A stretch of DNA of 59,574 bases, filler included, from Diploschistes diacapsis (lineage: Eukaryota), in assembly GCA_023645945.1 (NCBI GenBank). It is 5 parts of 5 records of this genome, joined end to end, with 100 filler letters (N's around TTAATTAATTAA, not from the genome) between each part and the next. Parts side by side here need not be neighbours in the genome. Positions count along the whole stretch, not along the records: positions 35,833 to 47,654 come from JALAIB010000798.1; 4 more parts are not named here. One strand, written 5' to 3'. A model generated the notes under the pieces. The model was not told the DNA's origin, made no database searches, and saw only the letters and a list, made by a program, of their open reading frames with translations. A program made the translations under genes and the position numbers. Positions 35,833 to 47,654 of the stretch are shown here, one piece after another. Positions within the stretch are counted from its first letter, which is position 1; each line of letters starts with the position of its first letter.

Positions 35833-37728
35833 CCTCTCGCCCATCCTCTCCCCCACCTCCTTCCCCTCCCTGACCGCCGCGTACGCCTCCTCAAAGTACC
35901 CCTCCGGCGGGCCCAGCCCCCCCATCTTCTTCTCCCCGCCACTGCCTATGGAGCTCCAACCGACCCGATGCGCCGTCCCGCCACCAAGCTTCTTGCTCAT
36001 GCGCCCGCACCCCAGCAGCGCCTGTGCCAGCACCTCGTAGTCGTCCATCACCATTCCCGTTCCCATCCGCTTACCACCACCACCGCCCCACCCCCTCATC
36101 TCCGCCGCCGCCCTCTTATACGCCTCGAACGCCTCGTACCGCAGCTCTTTCACGCGGCTCTTCGGCGCCTTCCCACGCTTCTCGTCCACACGGGCCTCGC
36201 GCGCTTTCAGATGCGCCTTGTTGAGCCGGGCCCGCGCCAGGAGGCCGGGGGAGGCTGCACGACTGGCGCGCCCGGCGAGGGCGAAGGCCGTGTCGTTGGC
36301 GGCATAGGCCTTGGTCAAGTGCGGCGCGGCTGGGAGTTGGACTTGCGAGAGGCCGAGCTCGGCGAGGGTTTGGAGGTGGGCCTTGCGGAAGAGAAGGGAG
36401 TCAAGGCTGCTGCTGCTGCTGCTGGCAGCGGAGGAGGATGGGGAGGGCGGGTAGGAGAGGGCGGATTTTTCGGTGACGCAGGTGAGGATCTTGAGGGCGT
36501 TGTGGTAGCGCTGTCGTGCGATGCCCGGGTAGTCGAGGGTGCAGTTGGAGCCTTCGCGGATTTCGGCGAGGGTGGAGATTAGGGCTTCGTCTGCGGTTTG
36601 GGTTAGGGAGGTTGTTTGGGGCTGGAGAGAGGATGTTTTGGCGTTGAGGATTAGGGATGGGTTGGGTGGTGAGAGCTCGAGATAAAAAAAGATGTAACTT
36701 ACTCGGATCTTGGGGCAGGGGAAGACGGGAGGAGTGCGCTGTTGCGACTGAGGGTTCGGACTTGTCATCCAGGTCGATTTGGGGGACTGAGGTGTTGTCG
36801 GAAATGCCACTCAAGTTCGGAGTCTCAAATTGAATCGCTGCGATAGCTTGGCTGGGTTGCTTCTTCAAGGGATAGCATCTATTTTCGTCTTGATTCTAGG
36901 AAAGATAAGTTTGAGGGGACGCTGACCGCAAGGGCGTTGTGGGCTACCAGTGCTTCGGCTGAGAGACCCTCTACTACACGTGGTACAGGCCCAGAGTCGG
37001 TCATCATGACGCCGACGACCTGCGCATGGTAGACATTATATGTGTTATGGATTTGGGTCGTCCCTTGGAAACTGACGGTACTGGAGTTGGTCTGGAAGTT
37101 CTGCGTGCTTGCCTTTGCAGAGTCCAAGGAGATGCCGGAAGAAGCGGGTTGTTTCGCCTGCTACCTTATTAGATCATGCAGACTAGGACTAACTTATGAA
37201 GCTGGCCTTTAACTGCGATACGAGGTCCTTGATCTTGTCATCGAGCCTCGCTCCAACTCGATCAACAGTCTTTTCTATTTCTTGTGAGGTAAGGGGTACC
37301 GCACCGGCTTGATAGATGACAAGCTGATAGCGCATAATCTCCTCGGCCAATTCGTTGACCTTACTTTCGTGTGATAGGTTAGAAGCAGACTTAAAGAGTA
37401 GCTTGAATCGACTCGTATTCTCTGCGGGCTTCATCCGCTCGAAGGCGTTTGCGAGTTCGTTCACTTTCGCCTGACAACTCTCGACAGCAGGCTTCAGAGT
37501 CTTTGCGGTCTCTTGATCCAGCTCGCCGGCGTCTATCTGAGCCTTGGTCTTGATAAGAGTAAGCTCAAAAAGTGGCAGAACAACCTGTAAATTCTCAAAG
37601 GCCTTTGGAACATCTCTTGTTTTCTGGTGCAGCGCGATGGTGTCCTCAACGACACTTTTGCAGAAATTCAGCACAGATACCACATTGCTGATGACCCCAA
37701 CGACCGCCAAAAACTCTGCGCCAGACAT
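35833..37728 (-). CDS. SesA (HeLo-like, NLR N-terminal type) domain protein with polar linker and helical/TPR-like C-terminus; about 4 exons, 3' truncated
   Basis: MSGAEFLAVVGVISNVVSVLNF...DVPKAFENLQVVLPLFELTLIKTKAQIDAGELDQETAKTLKPAVESCQAKV...SRFKLLFKSASNLSHESKV matches the SesA pattern as I recall it. Phase-compatible splice sites link it to the ORFs at 37157-36929, ~36865-36703 and 36590-35833; the linkage of exons 2 and 3 is less certain. Confidence 0.72.
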
Positions 37729-38354
37729 CTTCGCAGGATTCTCGACGAGCGCACTCAGCAATGAATTGGCTAGACTAGGTTCCTCCTGCCGTTGATCGAC
37801 TTTGGGATTCTCCGCTTTCGTCTAGCAATATCGCATCGCATTCGGTAGTCTAAATGTAAAACTTTAGCCGGACCTTACTGGATTGACGCACACCACCATC
37901 TTGCAAAAAAAAAGGAATGAAAGATATCAACGGCGTTTTCATCATCAAGCGACGTATAGAGCTTGCTACAGTACTTCCGTGAGCGCACTTGTGAGCTTGC
38001 AGAGAATGCCCAGAAGGAGAACCTCGACTGACTGCTCGCTCACGCACAAAAACCCCAAGTAAAGTAGCCACAAAATTCCTACTTTGATGAGCCTTAATTT
38101 CCATTCGGCATTTTGGTAACGCAGTGAGTAGATCAACTCAAGAGCTGTGATACGACACGTGGGTTTGTTGCGCCATTAAGCATCCGTGGTTGCTGTTCGT
38201 GAATGTTGATTGCTTTAGGAAGAGCGACGCTCTCGGTGCGTTGCCAGGATGAACAACACAATGTTTTGGTCATATTTCTCTTCGCTCTGTGATCTATTTG
38301 CTTTCTCTATTCCCTCGTCTGTCATATTTTCGCTCATTGCTCTACCTGTTCCGC

Positions 38355-39935
38355 ATGATTATGGCATTGCTACTGAATTCGATCCCTCATCTCTCGCGAG
38401 CGGAGCGCTGGCAGACGGCGTTCTTCGTCACCGGGATTTTTTGCATAAAGTACTCGTGGGAGAGCACCTCAGTAACAGGCTTGACAGTCAACAGATTCGA
38501 CCGAGAGGCCCTTCGACACCATACAAACGCCAAGTCGTTCGGCCAGTACGGTGTCTTATCTTTGCTCTCGATCCTGTTCAGTGCGTTGGGGAGCACATTC
38601 GTCGCACCGCTTGTTAAGAGATGGCCTATGAGGTTGGTGTTAGGATGTTGTGGGCTGCTTCAAGCTTTGACCGGCGTCGCGTTGCTCGCTTTGGAGGCAG
38701 GAACTGGCGGGAAGATCAAGCCTGGTAACTGGGACAAGACACATCAAGCTGATAACTTTAGCTACTATGGTGAATACAATCCATACGGTCTTGTGCCCCT
38801 GTTCTGTTTGTCAGGGTTTTTCTGGGGCATCATAACCACTATGCAGAAGACGGTGCCAAGGCAGATCGTCGCTCCCACTATTACAAAGCTACAGTTTCTC
38901 AACGCAGCCACACAAACCTTCTATGAGGTAGCAGCTATCGCCGGTGCGCTTTGCTCAGGGCTCCTCTTTATCCCTCACTTTGGAGCGAATTTCCCTATTC
39001 TCACCCCAATATTTGCCGCGCTTGCCGGGTTGGCCTGGTTCTTTCTGAGAGATACCCGATCATCTCGTCAGGCTGATTCGACCGAGCCGGGAATTGATCA
39101 AGCAACCGAGGAAGTATCCAGGGCTCCAGATGAGCAAAAGGCCAGGCATTCTGGAGCACCAAATGAAAACGATTCGAAACGTGCGAAAAGGACCTGGGGG
39201 GACTTTATACCTCTGAAGTCACTCTGGCAGGGCGCGGGAATCGTCTGCAAAGATAGGGAGCTCACCTGGCTGCTCATAACTTACCCCCTAATGCAATACG
39301 GCCACAGTTGTCTGGAGAACGTTATTGCCCCTCCGATTGCTGGACGATATCTAGGAGATACTTCTTACGTCCAGATCATTGTCGCCGGATCGAACATCGG
39401 GGAATTCCTCGGCGCCATCGCAGCAATGTTCCTTCAACCATACATCCCAACTCCTATTCCATGGGTTAGGCTCAGTGCTCTCATGAACCTGCTGGTGTGG
39501 ATCTTGCCATTCTGGAGTCCTCCCAAAAAGCCTGTGTCTGCCTGGATTGTGGCTGCGGTTTTTATGCCTATGGGTGCCTTCTGGTCTGCCGCTGCAGTCT
39601 CACTGTACTGCTATTTGCAGACTCAGCTGTCGAACGAGGCTCCGAATGACTCCAAGATGTTACCGCCCTTGAGCAGCGTAGTAGCCTTCTTACACGTTAT
39701 TCAGCTCATTTTGAGCGCGATTGCGGGACCGGTGTTTGGAGCCTATTTCGATGCTGTGGTTGCCCGTACTGGGGGCTTGGGGATGGGAGGCAAGATTCAG
39801 CCTGCGCTGATATACGTGGGAGGGCTCCAATTCTCTGTGATTGCTGGGTTGGTTTGTGCGTCCACATTCTGGCCTCGAGGCGCTATAAGGCTCAATCCCA
39901 AATTGTCGGTGCCAAAGGACGAAGATTTATCCTAG
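38355..39935 (+). CDS. Intronless multi-pass MFS-like membrane protein of an uncharacterised fungal family
   Basis: About 12 hydrophobic segments; motifs APLVKRWP, GTGGKIKP...FSYYG, VPRQIV...FYEVA, GSNIGEFLGA, PTPIPWVR, STFWPRGA. The first in-frame ATG is at 38355 (the ORF track starts at an upstream GTG). Confidence 0.8.
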   Translation: MIMALLLNSIPHLSRAERWQTAFFVTGIFCIKYSWESTSVTGLTVNRFDREALRHHTNAKSFGQYGVLSLLSILFSALGSTFVAPLVKRWPMRLVLGCCGLLQALTGVALLALEAGTGGKIKPGNWDKTHQADNFSYYGEYNPYGLVPLFCLSGFFWGIITTMQKTVPRQIVAPTITKLQFLNAATQTFYEVAAIAGALCSGLLFIPHFGANFPILTPIFAALAGLAWFFLRDTRSSRQADSTEPGIDQATEEVSRAPDEQKARHSGAPNENDSKRAKRTWGDFIPLKSLWQGAGIVCKDRELTWLLITYPLMQYGHSCLENVIAPPIAGRYLGDTSYVQIIVAGSNIGEFLGAIAAMFLQPYIPTPIPWVRLSALMNLLVWILPFWSPPKKPVSAWIVAAVFMPMGAFWSAAAVSLYCYLQTQLSNEAPNDSKMLPPLSSVVAFLHVIQLILSAIAGPVFGAYFDAVVARTGGLGMGGKIQPALIYVGGLQFSVIAGLVCASTFWPRGAIRLNPKLSVPKDEDLS

Positions 39936-40137
39936 TGTGTAGATGATTGGAATGTATTAGTAGCTTAATCTACATTTGCCATAGCGAAGCGCTCTAAGCT
40001 CTTGAGACGCATCTCCTTCGTCATTTCATTGGTCCTTTTAAGGCACCCGGAAGCGCTTCAAGCTCTTGAAATTAATCAAAGCGGTACATTGAATTGAGCT
40101 TCTGATTATTGTAGAAGCTGTAATTCCCCTGCCCAGC

Positions 40138-40930
40138 TTACCACCACCCCGTCCCCGGCCTCCCTTTCATAGTTTCCCTCTGTACCTCACTGGTGACCCA
40201 CCCCCCATAGAAGTCGCCCGGCTGCGCCTCCACCTCCTCACCGTCGACAAAGCACTGCCAAGGACCCGCGTAGAAGGAGAGATACCCCCTGATTGGCGTG
40301 AAACTCTGCGTGGGCGACTCATAGGACCAAATGCGGCTGCGTACGGTAGAGGGAGGGGCCCCCGGTGAAGCGGAAGAGGTGGCAGTATCTTGGGGAAGGG
40401 ATAAATCCCAGTATGTTGCTGGACCTTTCCACTCGCACATTGTGGAGCGGGAGGGAGATTTGGTTAGGAGCGTGGAGAAGGGGGGGACGAGGGAGGTGGG
40501 TGGGAGGTAGTATGCTGCATCGAAGGTCAGAGACGTGGAATGAGAGAACAAAAGTTCAAAGCTAGGATTGGTCTGAAGTAGCGGATGATATATGAGGAAT
40601 GTGGTAGACAGAATAGGACAAGCATACTCTTAACGAGCAGTATACAGCATTGTGGCACGTTACACGCTTAAGCAGATTTAGTAGCTTACTTGGCGGATGA
40701 TAGGTCTCAAGAACCCAGTAAGCTTCCTTTGTATCAGCTACCAGATTCCCATTCCACTTAATCTGCAAACGCCGTGGTGTGCGCTCCAGGAGCGGCGGAC
40801 GAGGGAACGTTGCAGGAATGAGAGGCGGCTTGGGCGGCATCCTGGTTCCGGTCCTTGAGAGGATTGCTAAAACGATTGCAAGGAGAGAAGCAGTAAAAGT
40901 CACGATACGCTTTTTGTAATTTGAAAGCAT
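40138..40930 (-). CDS. DUF427-domain protein, 2 exons
   Basis: FPRPP, VADTKEAYWVLETYHPP/TYYLPP, TMCEWKGPATYW, WSYESP, GYLSFYA, QPGDFYGGWVT, KGRPGTGWW*. The start may be 40930 or 40840. Confidence 0.88.
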
Positions 40931-41287
40931 TCATAGATGTATTGCTAAGCATTCGAGGAGCATCCCGTCCCCTTTTGTCCATGAAGCGCCGGAAACCGAG
41001 ATATCTGCACGATGATGACATTGGAGGCTCAAGATCGCTGCAATAAGATAAGCGAGCCTTTTAGCAGATGAGAAAGCTTGGCATTCGGTGAAACTAAAAA
41101 CCCGGGACCGAGGACGACAACACTTCCCAGACAACGGCGCTTGGCTATTTACTAAGTTAGTCAAGCGAGTGATGTAAATAACTGCTATTCAGTCCCAATT
41201 ATTTTCTCGCATACCCACTATTTTCTCCAGTTCTAAATTTCCCTTTACGAAGACCTCAACCATCTCATTGTACTATCCTCGAGAGAG

Positions 41288-43899
41288 ATGGAGTCTTCCA
41301 AATCCCCCCTTTTCGAAGTCTACCTCCGCCTGCGCCCTCCGCACCTCCAAACATCCCTCTACCCCCAACTTCCTTCCTCCACCGTGAATATCACCGTACC
41401 AGAGCGCTTTCTCACGGTAGAACCCCCGTCGTCGACTTCGGCTACCTTCGCAGATGGTTGTACGCAGCCTACACACATCACCATCCACCCGCCTTCCGAC
41501 TCACGGAAACGGGCGATTGAGAAGTTCGGCTTCACGCGGGTGTTTGAGGAGCAGACGAGTCAATTAGAGGTCTTCGAGGCTACGGGCGCTGCGAGGTTAG
41601 TTGAAGGGGTGCTCGATGAAGGGAGAGATGGGCTGCTCGCTACGCTAGGGGTCACGGGAAGTGGAAAGGTAAGTGCTTGGTTATGGTTGAATATCGAGGC
41701 TGGGTGTTGAGATAGGATGGTTGTGCTGACGGCATGGCGATAACAGAGTCATACGATACTCGGATCTCGAGCGCAGAGAGGCTTGACGCAATTAGGTCTC
41801 GATTTGCTCTTCCGTAGTTTGGGAGAGAAGACGCTACATCCGGCCAGCCATACTTCGCTCATCTCCTCACTCGTTGCAGCGGATACTTCAGAAGCACACA
41901 TCCAATCCGCATTCGGATTTCTGGAGACTGTCTATGGTGATGGATGGGTTAGCAACTCAAGAGCGGCTACGCCAATGACGGTAGGCAAAGACGATTTTCA
42001 TTTACCAGAAACACAACCTCAGACCCGATCAAAGGGTCTGTGGAAGCATTGGGATCTTCTTGATCTCGGAAGTGGCTCGGGCCAGCAAGACAAAAAGAAT
42101 GATGAAAGAAAGACTGCACAAGCATCACCGGCAAAATTTGCCTTTTGGAATTCCCCCAAAATTAAAGATGCAAAGACTAAGGCTCGCTTCGGCAATGCTT
42201 CACAGGATGTTAGCTTTGTACCTCGCCGAAACCTTCCGCAGCGCCCGTCTGCGCTCCCAACGTTACCTGATATCAGCAAAGTGACCGTTTCTTCGACAGA
42301 GAACATGGACTACGCCGTCTTGGTCTCCATGTACGAAGTATACAACGACCGCATATTTGACTTGCTCTCCCATCCTCGAAGCTTCAAAGACCACCGCCGA
42401 CGACCGCTTCTTTTCAAGTCGACCGAGGGTTCCGATCATAAGGTTGTGGCTGGATTGAAGAAGATCGTATGCGGAAGCTACGAAGAAGCACTTATGGTGT
42501 TGGAAACAGGTCTTATGGAGCGACGTGTGGCTGGGACTGGGAGCAATACTGTCAGTTCCAGGAGTCATGGCTTTTTCTGCATGGAAGTCAAGAAGAGAGC
42601 AAAGCATGGCATGTCGAGCGCTTGGACAGGCTCGCAGCTCACTATCGTCGACCTAGCTGGTAAGCTGACATTTCCATCAAGAGGTTCTCACCATTGACCA
42701 GAATAGGCTCCGAAAGAGCGCGCAACGCAAAGACTGCAGGCGCTACCTTGGCTGAAGCGGGCAAGATTAACGAGAGTCTAATGTACTTAGGACAGTGCCT
42801 ACAGTTGCAAAGCGACCAGAGTGATTCGAATAAGGTAATCCAAATTATCCCGACAAATTCAGAAGCCAGGGACTAACGACCCTAGCCATCCGTCGTTCCG
42901 TTCCGACAATGCAAGCTTACCGAATTACTGTTCTCGAATTCTTTCCCCTCCGCCCATGCTCTTCCCAGCCGTCAGCATCATCAACGCAGTGTTCAGAAGG
43001 GCGTCATGATAGTCACTGCAGATCCGCTCGGTGACTTCAATGCCACATCGCAGATACTTCGCTACTCGGCGCTCGCTCGCGAAATAACGGTGCCACGGAT
43101 ACCTTCGGTAACAAGCATCGTATTCCACGGGGCTCCAAATCCACGGACGCTGCAAACGCATAGCGGCCGAACGTCTCCAAACGACGTATCGGCCGAGCTT
43201 GAGGCTGCAAACGCAGAAATGGAGCGTCTGAACGATCAGCTTGAACTGATGGCCCTGCACCTTGTCGAAGAGAAGGCAAGACGGAGGGAGGCAGAAGCGA
43301 ATTGGCAGAGAGCTGATGAACGGGCCGAGAGCATCGAGGCTGAGGTTCGCGAAGATTGCTGGAGCGAGATGGAGAAAAAGATCATGGGCGAACGCAGGCA
43401 GTGGATGAACGCCATGGGAGAAGAGGCAGATCGCAATGACGCACATCTCGACCGCAAGTTGGAGATTCTCACGCAAGGTATTCAAAGTGAGACTTCGTTT
43501 TCCCGTGCTTCTCGGATTAGGATGCTAATATTAGCCTCAGTCCACGAAGATCCGCCATCTACGAGGATCGTAGATCTCGAAGACGAAAACGCGGCACTGC
43601 ATCGCAGGATTGCAGCGCTTGAGCGCGAAATACTCGGCCGGTCGCCGACCAAGCCAATGAAGCCCACGCCGCTGCAGGAGATCCACCTCATCGACGACGA
43701 TCCGTTTGGCATAGAGGACAAGGAGAACGAGGGCAGCATCATGAGACTGGCGTCACTCAAACTCATGGACAACGCAGCGGCAGAGTCAAAACAAGAAACG
43801 AGGCAGCCGAAGACTCAAAAAATGCCTGGTAAGAAGATGAGGAAGCTAACACCCCGGACGAACGTTGGGTTAGGAGATGAAGAACCAGTCGCAGCGTAG
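41288..43899 (+). CDS. Kinesin motor protein, kinesin-6 (Klp9/MKLP-like), at least 5 exons
   Basis: FEVYLRLRP, LGVTGSGK/SHT (P-loop), SMYEVYNDRIFDLL, SSRSH, VDLA/GSERARNAKT...KINESLMYLGQCL, VPFRQCKLTELLF, then a coiled-coil tail. Confidence 0.92.
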
Positions 43900-44414
43900 G
43901 AGGGTCACCAGGGTCTCCGCGCTTACCTGTTTGTTCCATCTGGATAAAATCAGTGTTTTCAAATAGATAGATACCATTCTGTTTTATAATTAATAAGCTA
44001 TGGAGTTGCATTGCGCAAAGCACTATGCTGCACAGTGCTTAGAGCCTCATCTACCATTAACGCAGTGCAACGGGTGGGGGCAGTGCCTGACGCTCCTGTT
44101 TTGGAATGTTGCATAGACGGGTTAGGCTGACCGGGCGAGACTTGTTTCCTAAAGAAGTAGTCACTCGTAAACTAGAGATTCGTTTCCGGTCAAAAAAACC
44201 ATTTTGAGGGTAGAGAACGGGATTGGGGGGTTGCATTGTGTGGCTGAGTCTTTTTTACGCCATGAACCCGTTGTGGCTTGACAAGGGGCCGTGATTGGGG
44301 GATTTTGGTAAAGGTCGAGCACGTCAACGTCAAACGCCAGCCAACGGGGTTTTTGCGAGACTTGGGCCACTTGCAAACCAAAAACCCCCCCCCCCCAAGC
44401 GAGAGCGACTAGCC

Positions 44415-44466
44415 CCCGGGGTGAAACTTCAGTCTGAAATCCCGGGGTGAAACTTCAGTCTGAAAT
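44415..44466. repeat. Perfect 26-bp tandem duplication CCCGGGGTGAAACTTCAGTCTGAAAT x2
   Basis: Seen directly at 44415-44440 and 44441-44466, about 400 bp upstream of the Zn2Cys6 gene. Confidence 0.93.
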
Positions 44467-44872
44467 TTGGGGTAGCCCCTGGTGCAGGCCCGCATTAACC
44501 TTATCACCGCCGCCGTGGTGGCTTACTTACCCTACCTGTCTTGCCTCTGTTCCTGATATCGAGTGACCGACACCAAACGAACACATATCGCTGGCTGGCG
44601 TTTCTGGGTTTCTAAATTGGGATCCTTCTCTTCGTCTTCATAAACAATCCATGTCATCCTCCGGGCTTCGAGCGACGAATCTATACTTAAAGCTCCTGCA
44701 CGACCTCTTCATCAGACGTCCCTCACCATCTCCATCTCTTGTTTCATGATTTCGACTTCAGGAGAGATATATATGTACTAGGTAGCTTTGATTACGAACA
44801 GCAACGGAAACCAAGGTGCTCGAAAAGATCATCTACCGACCAAACCATTTGGCCCTAGCATCACATCCGATA

Positions 44873-46293
44873 ATGCCGTCCCGGAGATGGCACCAGAAGA
44901 GCCATCACGGGTGCTCGACGTGCAAGGCGCGCAAAGTCAAGGTACGCCAACATCTCCCACAAATTCAATGGCAGAGATACTCAAGTGGACGAACAGTGTG
45001 ATGAGACCCGACCCACATGGTTCATACGCCAGGCCCACTCTCATTCCCCTTCTGCCGCTAACCCTCCTTAGCAAGAACTGCGCCAAACAAGGTCGACCCT
45101 GCCAATACACGAGCGAGGCAAACGTTGCGATACCCATGTCGTCTGTACCATTTTCGGCCGGCTCGTCTCAATACGGTTTCATCGACTTTCAGACTGGTCG
45201 CAAAGTCATGTCGCCCGGCTCACCGCCCTTTATGTATTGTAGGGACTCGAGCAGAGACTCTATGAGCTTCCACGCCACTACCCCAGGATCTGTTTCGTCC
45301 AAAGAGCAGAAGCAGGAACCGCTGACAGTGTCCGCTTGTCTGGACCTCAGCCTCATGCATCATTACACCCGGCACACCTATGCTACGCTTGTAGATCTCG
45401 AGACGGCAGTACCCGTCTGGCGGGACAAGTTTCCGATCGAGGCGGCTTCTCACCCCTTCCTGATGCATGGCTTGCTCTCTCTTGCAGCTCTGCACATTGC
45501 CATGGAAGACCTTCCGTCGCACAAGACCTACGTGGATCACGCCCTGCAGCATTACACGTCTGCCATTACGCTCTACAGGCCGGAGCTCATCAACGTCACG
45601 CAAAAAAATTGCCACGCACTCTTCGGCTTCTCTAGTGTCGCGGCTCTTATTTCGCTTGCTGTATCCATGGCATCCCATCACACTGGGACGGCGCTACTCA
45701 ACGACATTCACGACATCTTCAACCTACTCAAGGGTATTCACGCCGTCGTCGAAGCGGCAAGGGAGTGGATCAAAGCCGGGCCAGTTGGCGATCTGATCAG
45801 AGATTTCGTTCCTAGGGAGACGGAGCTGCCATCCGAAGTTGAAGAGACTCTCCGCGTCCTACACGAGCGCACCGGGACTTGCGGCGAAAGCGAAGAGCGA
45901 AAGGACGGATACACGGGAGCGATCGAGGCGCTTCGCATGTGGTTCAAAAATACCGTCTACAAACCAGACGACAGGACCCCATCCCTCGTCTGGCCAATCA
46001 TGGTGACCCGCTCGTATATCGATGCGCTGGCAGAGCGTAAACCAATGGCACTTGCTATCTTGGCTCACTACGCCATTTTTCTGTACGATCTGCGCGGATA
46101 CTGGTACGCCGGCGACCGAGGAACACGGATCATCGAAGCCGTTACCGGGCTTCTAAGCCCGGACTGGGCAGACACGCTTCTCTGGCCTAGCAGATATATC
46201 AGCAGGAGGCAATCGTGGGGATACACAGCTCAGGAGCAAGTATTCAAGAAGTCTCCTCCGCCTCACCCACCTTATGAGTACAGATCACCGTAG
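44873..46293 (+). CDS. Zn(II)2Cys6 transcription factor, Upc2/Ecm22-like, 3 exons incl. a 23-nt micro-exon (44997-45019)
   Basis: Spliced MPSRRWHQKSHHGCSTCKARKVK/CDETRPT C/KNCAKQGRPCQY (six Cys); DLSLMHHY, HPFLMHGLLSLAALH, WPIMV...ALAILAHY. Confidence 0.9.
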
Positions 46294-46318
46294 TGGGAAG
46301 ACACGGGGTATTGGATGA

Positions 46319-47654
46319 TCAGACTGAGCCATACACAGGCGTTGCAGGCTCATCACTTGTAGGAGCGTCTTTCTTCTTCCCCAAGGGCTCTCCGCACCAG
46401 ATATACTGTTCACGTCAGAAATGTTTGGAAATGTTTTAACACGCTGGACTCACGGTTGGAATGACGGTCATGGCGGATAATAATCCTATACTCGTTGTCA
46501 TGTTGCCCCACCCAATATTCTCTTTCATGAATCCGCCCCATAGGGGGCCTACGATAGATCCTGCAGCGAATGCCATGTTCGTCAACCCGAAAGCCTGAGC
46601 CAGTGCTCCCCTTTCTCCGTATATGCCAGGACTGCGTCGTTCCACCTCGACCACGATCCTCGAGACTTCGGCGTTCAGCGGAGTCATTCCAATGCTCCAG
46701 CAGATCCCGATGACGGCGAGAAGTGCCACCAGAAAGGCTTTGTCTCCAACCGTGTCATCCGTTACCAAGCGTAAGAGGATGTACGGTGCCACCATGCCAG
46801 CGAAGGCGATTATGACTAACCATCGCGTCCCGTATCTGTCCGCTAGCCGGCCAAGGAATGGCTCGAGGAAGGATGAACAGCACGTCGACAGGAAGAGCAA
46901 GCCAGAGCCCAACGACTCCCACCCGAAGATGTCGTGAACATAGAGCGGCAGCGCGCTATCGAAGGCAGTTATCATGGTGGACAGGACCATGATTCCCCAA
47001 AGGGCCGAGACAAATCTCGGCAGCTGCAGGAACAACAGCATGGGCAGGGGATGAGCCTTCGAGGCCCCTTGCTTGCCTGAAGGCGCTTCCGTGTCCGGCC
47101 TCCTTACCAAGGGGTCTATCTCGTCACGGTCCGCTCTCTCGGGGCCCTCGTCTTCCTCCTCCTTACCGAGCGTCTTCAGCGCCACCTTCCGCTCGATCAT
47201 CGCGGCCCTCAGGACAACATCCAACCCCAGCAACGCAAAGGTCATCGCAAACACAGCATAGTACCCCGCCTTGGCAAACACCACCCCACCGGCCGTCGGC
47301 CCCACCAACGCCCCAAAATTAATCCCAAGACTCACCCACCCCAGCGCCTCCCCCGCGTTCTCCGGGCCCGCCGTCTCGGGCGCCATCGCGAACCCGACGG
47401 CCCACACCACCGCGGCCGCCATGCCCTGCAGCAAGCGGCCGATCAACAATATGGGCACCGTGGTCCCGAAACAGAGCATCACGTTCGCGCCCGTCAGCGC
47501 GAGCAGGCCGAGCATAAAGGGCGTGCGTCGCGAGGAGCTGCGATCCGCGAAGTAGCCGGCCACCGGCGAGCAGATAATGAGGCCGGCGGCGTAGGCGGCC
47601 AGCAGGAGCGAGACCCATTGCTGGACGGAGGATGGGGGGGCGCCGGCCTCATTA
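46319..47654 (-). CDS. MFS transporter (vesicular amine transporter-like), 5' truncated at the contig edge
   Basis: VQQWVSLLLAAY, GYFADRSSSRRTPF, GRLLQGMAAAVVW, LGRLADRYG, AQAFGLTNMAFAAGSIVGPLWGG; short last exon YIWCGEPLG...GSV*. Confidence 0.88.

Noticed and set aside
44788..45071. N-terminus of the 501-aa ORF as given in the ORF track
   Set aside because: It reads through two introns; the real start is ATG 44873 in another frame, which supplies the Zn2Cys6 cluster.
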